Virus record (IMG/VR): IMGVR_UViG_3300032215_000085
Location: 1 to 61,486 of that record
Source of the DNA: a virus
Lineage: Duplodnaviria > Caudoviricetes
Strand: one strand, 5' to 3'
Length of the DNA: 61,486 nt
In this document: positions 1 to 8,983 of the stretch, in pieces
Position numbering within the stretch: position 1 is the stretch's first letter
Layout of the letters: each line of letters starts with the position of its first letter
Program-made: the position numbers and the translations under genes
The notes under the pieces: generated by a model
The model's database searches: none
The model's input: the letters and a program-made list of their open reading frames with translations, nothing else
What the model was told of the DNA's origin: nothing

Positions 1-1
1 C

Positions 2-1360
2 TCCGTTACCAGAACCACCTAGTAATATCAACGGATCTTTTACAGCTAAATTAGTTACATTAATATATTGTGTGCTACCGCTTACAGTTAAATTACCACT
101 AATAGTTGCATCACCCTGAGCAAAGATGTTTCCGGTGCGTACTGTGTTACTAGTCATATTGCCAACAAAATTAGCATTGCCAGTAGTCAATACACCATTT
201 ACATCAGTCAATATTGTAGTACCTAAACTAATACCATTTGCTGATACGTACAACTGATTCCATTTAAAATTATCACTACCTAAATCATATGTAGAATTAG
301 TAATTGGAATTAAATTTGATTTAACGTTATTCACAACTGTTAAGTTACCTGAACTTAAATTACCTAAATATGTAGGTAAATAACTCGAAACGTTGCTATT
401 ACTATATGTTGAAAAGGGATCACCATTACTATAATAAAATTGATTGGCAGAAATAGCTCCGATTATATTAGCACCTATACTAGAAACAGTGAGTATATTA
501 GCTGTACCAGCAATGCTTACAGTAAAGTTACCGTTTAAATCAACACTTGCATTACTTGAACCATTGCTGATATTAGCCGTGTTTAGTGATATGAACCCTA
601 AATTACCAGAACCATCTGTTACAATTGCTTGTCCAGGTAATCCGTCAACTGAGGGGTATTTAATTCCACTTGCAGTTAATCTATACGTATTTGTTCTTCC
701 ACTAACATTCATTGATTGAGCATTAGCATCAGTACTAATATTCAAAGAATAAACATTTGCGGCTCCACTAACAGTTAATGAATTTAATACACCTACACTA
801 GTAATACTTGGTTGAGTTGGTGTAGTTAATTGTCCGCCAACAAATGTACTTGTAATTTGAGATGCATTTATTGTTGATACTTGAAAGGATCCGTCTAATG
901 TTAATACATTAGCCAAATAGTCAAATTTGAGTGCGTCACTTGCACCGGCGTTACCTACATTGTTGTAAAGAATTGCAGTATCAGTTCCGGGTACAACAAT
1001 ATTACCAGATATATTTCCAACAACGTTACCTAAAAAGTACGCGGCTGTGATATTACCAGAAGCGGTAATTTTACCTTGAACATCAAGTGTATTTGTTATT
1101 GGATTGAATTTAAGATTATCGCTTGCGCCAAATCTTGGGGGTACTGCACCACTATTGATTTGAATTGCGTAAGGTGAGCCTGCAGGCTCGGAGAAGTTAT
1201 AAGGTACTCCGTTAGCATAGAAAAGATAATCAGTATAAACACCGCTGGTTGCCGAGACATTAGACGTTGTAATGTCGCCATTTGGTAATACAACAACATT
1301 AGCGATTTCTCCTACAGAGAAACCGCCCATTGAGTTAAACGCGGTAATTATTGCTGACAT
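2..1360 (-). CDS. Partial virion fibre/decoration-like protein (runs off the left window edge; absent from ORF track)
   Basis: ATG at 1360 opens MSAIITAFNSMGGFSVGEIANVVVLPNG...; no stop seen to the edge; G/N/T/S-rich beta-strand repeats (GNITA, GNLTV); N-terminus resembles ORF 1374..2054. Confidence 0.75.
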   Translation of the reverse strand, partial: MSAIITAFNSMGGFSVGEIANVVVLPNGDITTSNVSATSGVYTDYLFYANGVPYNFSEPAGSPYAIQINSGAVPPRFGASDNLKFNPITNTLDVQGKITASGNITAAYFLGNVVGNISGNIVVPGTDTAILYNNVGNAGASDALKFDYLANVLTLDGSFQVSTINASQITSTFVGGQLTTPTQPSITSVGVLNSLTVSGAANVYSLNISTDANAQSMNVSGRTNTYRLTASGIKYPSVDGLPGQAIVTDGSGNLGFISLNTANISNGSSNASVDLNGNFTVSIAGTANILTVSSIGANIIGAISANQFYYSNGDPFSTYSNSNVSSYLPTYLGNLSSGNLTVVNNVKSNLIPITNSTYDLGSDNFKWNQLYVSANGISLGTTILTDVNGVLTTGNANFVGNMTSNTVRTGNIFAQGDATISGNLTVSGSTQYINVTNLAVKDPLILLGGSGNG

Positions 1361-1373
1361 TTTTTATGCCTTA

Positions 1374-2054
1374 TTATTTGTATGTAGTAACCATTATTTT
1401 GTAACTGGCTGGGTTAGATAATAATGGTGAAACTGTTAATTCTATATTTCCAGTGTTGTATTGGACTTTAAAATCTCCCACACCCCCGTTGATATCAATG
1501 GTTCCAAATTCTGAATAAGCAATTTGTGTACCTAAAATACTTGCAAGTAATTTAGTTGTTTGCCTAGAGTTAGCAGTTACATCATCTGCTATAATCATAT
1601 ATTCTACTGCTGAATGATTAGTACCATTTATTGATTGTAACACTTGGTTTGCACCTGCACTGTTAGTACTTGCAAACAACATTTTTGTTGAACTAAATTC
1701 ATAAGCTCCTGCGCCCATTGTAAGAGAGTTAGCTATTAAATTTCCGTTTATAGTTACTAGATTGCTAACTTCATTGAATGTAAAATTTGTATTACCGGCT
1801 GCTATTCCGTTTTTTACAAAAGCGATAGTTGTATCAGGGGCGTCAATTTTAACATCAGCAACAATATTTCCTACTAAATTTCCATAAAAATTAGTTGCAG
1901 TTACATTTCCAACAGCAACAATATTTCTACCAACATTAATATTGCCGCTAATGTTTGCATAAGGTGCTGTTATATTTCCACTGTCATTGATAATTGATAC
2001 AGGGGGAATACCTACTGTGTATCCGCCTGCTGAGTTGAAGGGTTCTGCTGCCAT
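1374..2054 (-). CDS. Virion structural/fibre-like protein (226 aa)
   Basis: GNI/GNV repeats; late-promoter motif and AGGA RBS upstream; lies downstream of capsid genes. Confidence 0.6.
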   Translation of the reverse strand: MAAEPFNSAGGYTVGIPPVSIINDSGNITAPYANISGNINVGRNIVAVGNVTATNFYGNLVGNIVADVKIDAPDTTIAFVKNGIAAGNTNFTFNEVSNLVTINGNLIANSLTMGAGAYEFSSTKMLFASTNSAGANQVLQSINGTNHSAVEYMIIADDVTANSRQTTKLLASILGTQIAYSEFGTIDINGGVGDFKVQYNTGNIELTVSPLLSNPASYKIMVTTYK

Positions 2055-2076
2055 GTATTATCCTAGATTTATTATG

Positions 2077-2084
2077 TATTTATC
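2077..2084 (-). promoter_or_regulatory. gp55-type late promoter GATAAATA
   Basis: Variant of T4 late consensus TATAAATA, upstream of ATG 2054. Confidence 0.6.
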
Positions 2085-2108
2085 ATTATTAGCAAACAGA
2101 TGCCCAAC

Positions 2109-2132
2109 AAAAAAGGCTCCTAAGAGCCTTTT
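2109..2132 (-). terminator. Intrinsic terminator downstream of the desaturase
   Basis: Minus strand AAAAGGCTC-TTAG-GAGCCTTTTTT. Confidence 0.8.
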
Positions 2133-2165
2133 AAGTAACTTCCCATCCCACCGAGATAATAATAT

Positions 2166-2867
2166 TTATCTTATTTTTGCTAATCTTATCAAAGTAAATA
2201 ATCGTAACCAAATATAACCTAAATCTACTTCAAACCACCGTCTACTAAGTTTTGCTGAAGCAGGATTAAGATGATGATTGTTATGTAATTCTTCTCCACC
2301 TATCCATATACCAAAAGGTAAGATGTTAGTACTTTTATCACGTGTCTCACCGTTACGATATCCAAACCAATGACCTAAACCATTAATGATCCCGGCAGCC
2401 CAGAATGGTATCCAAAGCATTTGTACTCCCCAGATAATAAATCCTATGCCACCGAACAATGTTAAATTAATCCATAGCATTATTAATATACCTAAAAAGT
2501 TATAACGTGAATATACATTACGTTCTAACCAATCATTGGGTGTACCCTTGCCATATGTCAATATCATTCGTGCATCTTTAGCGGCTAGGTAGTAATAATA
2601 AACTCCTCTTGACAATATGTTTTTGATTCCAAAGACATGCGGGCTATGTGGATCACCTAGATTGTCTGAGTATTGATGATGTTTACGATGTATTGCTACC
2701 CATTGTTTAGTAATCATCCCTGTTGTTAACCATAACCAAAATCTCATAAAGTGACTTAGTATGGGATGAAATTCTATTGATTTGTGTGCTTGTCCTCTGT
2801 GCAAGAACAATGTCACACACATGATTGTAATCTGCGTGACTATTAGTGTGTAAATTACTGTATTCAT
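2166..2867 (-). CDS. Membrane fatty-acid (acyl-CoA/acyl-lipid) delta-9-type desaturase, auxiliary metabolic gene
   Basis: Three His boxes HRGQAH, HRKHH, HNNHH; DPHSP and GEELHNNHH motifs; hydrophobic helices. Confidence 0.9.
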   Translation of the reverse strand: MNTVIYTLIVTQITIMCVTLFLHRGQAHKSIEFHPILSHFMRFWLWLTTGMITKQWVAIHRKHHQYSDNLGDPHSPHVFGIKNILSRGVYYYYLAAKDARMILTYGKGTPNDWLERNVYSRYNFLGILIMLWINLTLFGGIGFIIWGVQMLWIPFWAAGIINGLGHWFGYRNGETRDKSTNILPFGIWIGGEELHNNHHLNPASAKLSRRWFEVDLGYIWLRLFTLIRLAKIR

Positions 2868-2880
2868 ATAGTATATAGCA

Positions 2881-2906
2881 AAAAAGGGCGCCGTAGCGCC
2901 CTTTTT
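2881..2906 (-). terminator. Intrinsic terminator after the major capsid gene
   Basis: AAAAAGGGCGC-cgta-GCGCCCTTTTT perfect hairpin with A/T tails. Confidence 0.9.
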
Positions 2907-2927
2907 GTCTTAAACCTACGTTGTAGA

Positions 2928-4124
2928 TTATTGGAATGTCAAGTTACTGACAGCGATTTCACCAACATAGTCAGCCGCGTTACCGAAGCTTGATGCTGTG
3001 TTTGTCAATTCGATGTAACCATAACGTGTCATGAACGATACGACTGGTTCGAATGTTGATGGATCTAGAACAACACCACTGCTCATCAATGGAATGTATG
3101 GGCAATAGAATGCTGCCGCATCTGTCTCGCTAGAACCTTTATATCCAACTAATACTGGTGTAGTATCAGGAGCATAAGAGTCAACGAATACACGCATAGC
3201 GCCATTCAATGTACCAACAAACTTAGTGTTTGTAGGAGCTTCGAATGTACCTTCTGTTGTACGTGCAAATGCAGATGTTGTAGCAGATTGTAGAACTGTT
3301 AAACTAGCAGATGAAACAACTGCCCAGTTACCAGCACCACGACGGGTACGTTGTGCAATCAAGTTAGCAACACGGTTGATAAGAACAGCTAAAGCAGCGT
3401 GTTCGTCACCAACGTAAGTAGCTGTACCACTTACTGTAGCTTGGTTGAATGTGTACTCAGTTGTTGCTAATGTACGTAGAGATAAAAGAATCTCTTGGTC
3501 GATTTCAGCAGTGATTTCTTGTGCAAGTGCTGCCATGATTTCTGCTTCTACGTCAATACCATGTTGAGACTGTGCATCTTGTGCTGCCTCAAATGTCCAA
3601 CGTGCTTGCAATTTACGTGATTTAGCTTCAACAGCTTGACGTAGAATTTGTACGGAGATTTGTTTACCGCCGTTACCTTCTAGTGTCGCTGTGTTGTTAC
3701 CAGTATAACCTGTAGATGGGCTACCATCTTTAGTCATTGTAGAATATGCTTGAGCAATTTTGAATGGGCTCAATGCTTCTTCACCAGCTTGAATGCTTGT
3801 GTTGGCTGCACTGTTGTCTGTTAAGCTAGAAGCATAACGTACACGCAATGTATGAATTTGACCAACTGGACCTGTCATTGGCTGAACGCCTACCAACTCG
3901 TTAGCAATAACTGTTGGCATTACACGACGGATAACTGGAAGAATAACACGATTAAGTGTTGCAATATTGCCTGCTGTGGTTGTACCAGCAACAGATTCTT
4001 TCAATAGTGACTTGCGAGTGTTTTCTAAGATAACACCCATTGTTGAGCGGCGAGTACCCTTAAGACCTTCAAGTAGGGCTTCTTTGGTCTCGTCCCAACG
4101 GCTTTCTAATAGAACTTGTGACAT
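2928..4124 (-). CDS. gp23: Major capsid protein, T4 gp23 family
   Basis: Motifs VGVQPMTGPVGQI, VEAKSRKLQARWT, AFYCPYIPL, FMTRYG. Confidence 0.95.
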   Translation of the reverse strand: MSQVLLESRWDETKEALLEGLKGTRRSTMGVILENTRKSLLKESVAGTTTAGNIATLNRVILPVIRRVMPTVIANELVGVQPMTGPVGQIHTLRVRYASSLTDNSAANTSIQAGEEALSPFKIAQAYSTMTKDGSPSTGYTGNNTATLEGNGGKQISVQILRQAVEAKSRKLQARWTFEAAQDAQSQHGIDVEAEIMAALAQEITAEIDQEILLSLRTLATTEYTFNQATVSGTATYVGDEHAALAVLINRVANLIAQRTRRGAGNWAVVSSASLTVLQSATTSAFARTTEGTFEAPTNTKFVGTLNGAMRVFVDSYAPDTTPVLVGYKGSSETDAAAFYCPYIPLMSSGVVLDPSTFEPVVSFMTRYGYIELTNTASSFGNAADYVGEIAVSNLTFQ

Positions 4125-4153
4125 GTTAATATTCTCCTAATAATGTCTTTTGT

Positions 4154-5254
4154 TTAGAGCCCTGCCAAACGTCTAAGGTCGATTACGTTATCACGGTCTT
4201 CAACTTCAACTTGTTTTGTGGCAGATTTATCACCTGTAACTGCTCTAACTGTTTCTGAAATCATAGTCTTTTTAGACTCTCTTTTTTCAGTAATGTTATT
4301 AAGCACTGCGGGTAGATACTTATCAAAGGCGGTCTTCAGACGAGGTGTTTGAGTGCCTTCTAGTAAGTTCTTCATCAATGAAGCTTTTTCTTCGTTTAAT
4401 GTAGCTAATAACTCGCCCATTATTCTTTCACGTTGATTAGATTCTTTGATAATACGAACTTCACGTTCTTTACTTTCAACCAATGCTTTTGCTTTCTTCA
4501 TTGATTGATAGGATTCAGCTAATTTCTGATCCTTTTCTTGAATTTGCATCATTAGATTACGTGTGTCAGCTTTCTCATTTAAATGAGTAGCACTGAACTC
4601 GCTTGCATATGATTCAAATATACGGCGACCAAAATCATTCTCACGTGCGATTTTGATATCTTCTTTCAATTGGCCGATTTCACCTTTAAGATGTGTGCTT
4701 ACAACTGTATTCATTCTCTTAGCTGATTCTGATACGAATTTTGCTTTTAGAGATTCTAGTTGTTTGCGACCTTCAGCAACTAACTTAACCTTAGCTTCAA
4801 CAACTGCTTGCTTGTCTTGTGCAAATTCTTTAATTTCGCGGGCAAGAGCATGAACGATAAATTGTTCTAATTTTTGTTGACTTTCTTTTTGAATTTGACG
4901 ATCGGTACGTAGTTCTTTAATTTCTTCGGCTAATTTTTCAACCATAAAATTATTGAATTTTCCTGCGCTTTCACGTAGTTTCATTTGTGCTTTAACACGG
5001 TCTTCATTCATTGCTTGTCTTTCATATTGAAATTCTTGAATTTCTTCTGATAGACCATTGGTAACCATCTTGTCAAGGGCTTCGACCATTACATCTTTAT
5101 CGTGTTCATAACGTTGTGCGAATTCTTCACGTAATTCAGCACGTACTTGTTCCTTAGCTTCATTCAATTTAGTTTCCCAAGCTTCGTTTATGGCGATGCT
5201 TGTTTCTTCATTGATAATTCCAGATTCAAGTAATGGTTTGATAGCATCTAGCAT
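4154..5254 (-). CDS. gp22: Prohead core scaffolding protein, gp22-like
   Basis: Long E/K-rich coiled coil between protease and capsid genes (T4 synteny). Confidence 0.8.
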   Translation of the reverse strand: MLDAIKPLLESGIINEETSIAINEAWETKLNEAKEQVRAELREEFAQRYEHDKDVMVEALDKMVTNGLSEEIQEFQYERQAMNEDRVKAQMKLRESAGKFNNFMVEKLAEEIKELRTDRQIQKESQQKLEQFIVHALAREIKEFAQDKQAVVEAKVKLVAEGRKQLESLKAKFVSESAKRMNTVVSTHLKGEIGQLKEDIKIARENDFGRRIFESYASEFSATHLNEKADTRNLMMQIQEKDQKLAESYQSMKKAKALVESKEREVRIIKESNQRERIMGELLATLNEEKASLMKNLLEGTQTPRLKTAFDKYLPAVLNNITEKRESKKTMISETVRAVTGDKSATKQVEVEDRDNVIDLRRLAGL

Positions 5255-5266
5255 ATCTTTTTCCCC

Positions 5267-5902
5267 TTATTTAATTTTGAGGTCTCTAATGAGGCGAGTT
5301 ACTTCCTCTTTTAGATATCTCTGAACCTTACTATTACTCTGTGCGTCTTTTGCTACATCTAACATTCTATGACCATTTCTCATATTCATAAGACCTTCAT
5401 AGATTGCTTTAGGATAAGCATTAGGTGCGCTCGGTTGAGCAACAATATCCACAGTGACTATTTCAAAGTCACTAACACGGCCACTACCATCGTCCACGTT
5501 ACCGCTTCCTCTGCTAGATACGCCTAGTTTGACACCACTCTCCAACATGGTAGACACTAACTGTCCCATTGGAGTTGGTAAAATTTTTAATTTGCCGAAG
5601 CCGTTTGGACCATCCATCCACATATTAGTAATCATATGTGACACACGGTCTAAATTGATTTTCAAATCATCTGGGTGATCCACTTCACCTAGAACTGAAT
5701 GACCTTCTTTGATTTGTTCATTTAGAGTATTAACAGCAGATTCAATTTCAGAAACAGGATACACACGCTCATTAGCGTTGCGTACCCCACCCTGGATAAA
5801 GATGCCTTTCATGTAAAGGCTCTTTAAACTACCTTCACCCGTACTTTCAACCACCATACTAGCACGGTCGAAAGTGAGGTTTTCTCTAAGATACAAAGCC
5901 AT
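5267..5902 (-). CDS. gp21: Prohead maturation protease, gp21 family
   Basis: GIFIQ..RNANERVYP, LGEVDHP, LGVSSRGSG, DIVAQPSAPNA. Confidence 0.95.
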   Translation of the reverse strand: MALYLRENLTFDRASMVVESTGEGSLKSLYMKGIFIQGGVRNANERVYPVSEIESAVNTLNEQIKEGHSVLGEVDHPDDLKINLDRVSHMITNMWMDGPNGFGKLKILPTPMGQLVSTMLESGVKLGVSSRGSGNVDDGSGRVSDFEIVTVDIVAQPSAPNAYPKAIYEGLMNMRNGHRMLDVAKDAQSNSKVQRYLKEEVTRLIRDLKIK

Positions 5903-5914
5903 TGCTCTCAGTCC

Positions 5915-6829
5915 TTATCTTCTTTTGATAACTTGTTTTGTAGACTTTTTAGATTCGCCTACAATAGATTTTGTATTTTGCCCGTCATCACCATGTTTTG
6001 GTTTAGGAGCTGCTTCACCTTTTTCACTGAAGTTCTTGCCGCCTGGAGCATTTTTATATGTACCAGGAATTGTTTTAGATGTTGGCTTTAATAGTCCACC
6101 TTGTGTACCACCCTTACCAGCTTCTTGACTTCCCAATGCGATTGGTTTAGCACCAGTTTGAATAATCTTTGGTTTTGTCAATGCAACACTTTTTGTGTTT
6201 ACACCGTTGTCACCACCGATGTTGCTGCCATATAAGCCAGGAACTTTCTTCAACTGAACTGATTCTTCTAGTTCGCTTTCAGGTACTTTTTCAGCATATA
6301 GATTTTCATCTAAATCTTCTTCGCCACCTTCTTCATCACCCATGTCGTCATCACTGCCCATGTCGTCATCACTACCCATGTCGTCATCGCCGCCTTCTTG
6401 ACCCATTAGTTCTTCGAACTCGGCCATCAACTCGTCTAGTTTATCTTCTAAATCAACAACACGGTCTTCTAAATCTTCTTCGCCGCCCATGTCCATGTCA
6501 TCATTGCCCATGTCATCATCTCCGCCCATGTCCATGTCATCATCGCCCATGTCATCGTCTGAACCGATATCAGCAAACTCATCTTCTTCTTCGGACATGC
6601 TTTGACCAGACATATCACCCTGGACTTCGTCCATCATATCATCAACTGCACCGCCTTCAGGCTGTTCTTCAACAGTAACAGTATAACCTTCTTCTAATTC
6701 TTCGTCCATCATTGATTCATAGATTTCGCGGCTTTTTTCAACTACAATATCATGAAACAATGCTTTAGCTTGTTCTTCGTTCTCATTGATAATCAAATCA
6801 ATAAGTTGTTCAAATTTTCTATTATCCAT
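5915..6829 (-). CDS. Highly acidic prohead core-like protein
   Basis: D/E-rich with DDDMG repeats; position between portal and protease, like T4 gp67/68. Confidence 0.55.
   Translation of the reverse strand: MDNRKFEQLIDLIINENEEQAKALFHDIVVEKSREIYESMMDEELEEGYTVTVEEQPEGGAVDDMMDEVQGDMSGQSMSEEEDEFADIGSDDDMGDDDMDMGGDDDMGNDDMDMGGEEDLEDRVVDLEDKLDELMAEFEELMGQEGGDDDMGSDDDMGSDDDMGDEEGGEEDLDENLYAEKVPESELEESVQLKKVPGLYGSNIGGDNGVNTKSVALTKPKIIQTGAKPIALGSQEAGKGGTQGGLLKPTSKTIPGTYKNAPGGKNFSEKGEAAPKPKHGDDGQNTKSIVGESKKSTKQVIKRR
6331..6560. repeat. Degenerate coding tandem repeats (15-24 bp) encoding DDDMG/DDMDMG
   Basis: CCCATGTCGTCATC-like units repeated in two clusters. Confidence 0.8.
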
Positions 6830-6950
6830 TGTTTGTTCTCCTATAAGAATGGCTTTGTAAGATTATTTAGTACGTGGGTACTAAAACAACCAATTAACTG
6901 CTGTTTTTTTACGTTTTTACTTTAGATAATAGATTTTTATGACAAATCTA

Positions 6951-7178
6951 TTACATTGCTGGCGCCGCAGGCTCTGCTGCCGGCTTATATTGTTTGCGTA
7001 CTTTTTTGAGATTTTGCGTTCTTTCATAGTCACGTACTTCACGCATTTTACGTAACTTTCTTATTTGACGTAAGGTTAGTTTAGTCTTACGGCTTTCTTT
7101 CCATTTAGGTTTGCTGTTATCATCCTTTTCGTCTTGATAACCCTGTATAGCTGGATCGAACATTTCAAATAATTTCAT
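6951..7178 (-). CDS. Small basic hypothetical protein in head module (start probably ATG 7178)
   Basis: RKTKLTLRQIRKLRKM; late motif GATAAATA at 7184-7191 just upstream. Confidence 0.65.
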   Translation of the reverse strand: MKLFEMFDPAIQGYQDEKDDNSKPKWKESRKTKLTLRQIRKLRKMREVRDYERTQNLKKVRKQYKPAAEPAAPAM

Positions 7179-7189
7179 ACAATTATTTA

Positions 7190-8968
7190 TCACATTGTTG
7201 GCATACCTGCCGGGGCGCCTGCACCACCTGGTGGCATTGATTCAGGACCACCTACTCCAGGAGCCGCAGTAGGATCCATTCCTTCAGGATTGTCTTCAGC
7301 ATCGGCAGCTTCTTCTTCGTCAGTATCCAAATCACTTGCACTGATGCCGATACTACGTAAATCACTACCCTTAACGTCAGTTTCTTCTGGCTCTTCACGC
7401 TCCTCTTCCCACATTTCTGCATTTTCTTTGAGTTCTTCTTCAGTCATACCCAAGAAACGTTTCATTGCAAAACGTTTACTAATATAAGGAAGTGCTTCAA
7501 TAGCTTGAAATGTAGCAACACGTGCAGTATCTATCTCACTTTGACGATAAGCGGCAAAGTTTTGTGGTTCATTGAAGCTAATATCAAATAAACTAGACTC
7601 AATATTGAATCCTCTCCAACGTAGGAATAACTTGAATTCTTCATCTAGCTTCTTACTAATATATTTTTGTAATCGTTTGCAATATTCATTAAATCTAAAT
7701 TCTTGAATCATTGCTGTTCCAACACGTCCATCATTTAATGGAGTTTGTCCATCATCAGGTCCAGTAGGTAAATAACTACTCGGAACACGTAATCCACGTG
7801 CTAATCTATTGTTAAAATACTTTAAATCGTCAATTTCACCAAGATTTTGCCCACCCTGTAACATAGTGACATCACTACCACGACCGTCTGCTGTGACTGG
7901 AAAGAAGTAATCTTCGTTAATACTTAATGGATTATAGCTTGCATCCATAATACTAGTGCCACCTTGTGTACTTGGTATACGTCTTTGATGAATTTCATTC
8001 TTAATACGGTCGACAAATGCCATAGCCATATGACTTGGCATGTTACCAACGTCAATTTTAAAGACTCTGCGCTCCGGAGCACGGCTTATACGATAGATTA
8101 AAATAGCATCTTCAAGCAATTCTTTTTGCTTGTAAACTTTGAAAATGTTTTCTAAAATACTTTGTCCAAACGGCCAAAAGCGGTCTAAGCCTTCTGTCAA
8201 ACTTAAATGCATAATATGTTTAGCATCAATTGCGGCTTCATTTAAGCCCAATGCAAAACGACTACCTGCTGTATTATTTGGTTGACTTGGAACTGAATAA
8301 CCACCGGAACTTCCTCCGCCACCTGTACCACCAAAACCTGTACTTGGGTTAGTTGCAAAGTCAGTAGAAACTTTCTGTGCTACTGTTAAATTTTGTAGAT
8401 TGATGTTGATATCTTTAAGAACATATTGCTCTGGAAGCTTACCTTCACTTTCGTTAACAATGACTTTTGTTACTTTAGTCATATCAACCCAATATAACTT
8501 GAAGTTTTCTGGATCACGTAAGAAAACCTGATCCCCGTACTTGATAGCGTTTCTAAAGATTTTAAATGCTCTAGTGTCAAATTCGTTTAATTTGCACCAT
8601 TGTTGTAATTGCTTTGTGATGATTTCAACTTCATGGGGAGTTGGATCTTCTTTGAATTCTATGTTAAATGGTGTGTTATTGTGTTCGTTTTTTTGAGTAC
8701 TAAACTCAGCGATGATGTCCAAACATGCATTAACTTCTGCATCAACGTCCATCATTTCATATTGATTATATCGTTCAATACGATTTGGGTGACCAGTATA
8801 AACTTCCGGTAAACGACTTTGATAGTTCTTGTACCCAAAGTCTTGATTATTGTAACCACCATCAGAGTTACCACCACCGTTCCAACTACCTTTATTACTG
8901 TTGTTTCCAGAAATAGGACTAAGAACACCGTTTGGATTAGGATCGGAAAAACGCTTTTTATATGCCAT
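7190..8968 (-). CDS. gp20: Portal vertex protein, T4 gp20 family
   Basis: LEDAILIYRISRAPERRVFKIDVGNMP, EDYFFP, GGQNLGEIDDLKYF, LRVPSS. Confidence 0.95.
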   Translation of the reverse strand: MAYKKRFSDPNPNGVLSPISGNNSNKGSWNGGGNSDGGYNNQDFGYKNYQSRLPEVYTGHPNRIERYNQYEMMDVDAEVNACLDIIAEFSTQKNEHNNTPFNIEFKEDPTPHEVEIITKQLQQWCKLNEFDTRAFKIFRNAIKYGDQVFLRDPENFKLYWVDMTKVTKVIVNESEGKLPEQYVLKDININLQNLTVAQKVSTDFATNPSTGFGGTGGGGSSGGYSVPSQPNNTAGSRFALGLNEAAIDAKHIMHLSLTEGLDRFWPFGQSILENIFKVYKQKELLEDAILIYRISRAPERRVFKIDVGNMPSHMAMAFVDRIKNEIHQRRIPSTQGGTSIMDASYNPLSINEDYFFPVTADGRGSDVTMLQGGQNLGEIDDLKYFNNRLARGLRVPSSYLPTGPDDGQTPLNDGRVGTAMIQEFRFNEYCKRLQKYISKKLDEEFKLFLRWRGFNIESSLFDISFNEPQNFAAYRQSEIDTARVATFQAIEALPYISKRFAMKRFLGMTEEELKENAEMWEEEREEPEETDVKGSDLRSIGISASDLDTDEEEAADAEDNPEGMDPTAAPGVGGPESMPPGGAGAPAGMPTM

Positions 8969-8983
8969 AAAGTATTTAGCTTT

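Noticed and set aside
6331-6560. Regularly spaced short repeats resembling a CRISPR array
   Set aside because: They are in-frame coding repeats (DDDMG) with wobble variation, no unique spacers and no cas genes
6169-6678. 169-aa His/Cys/Pro-rich ORF on + strand
   Set aside because: Antisense shadow of the acidic repeat region
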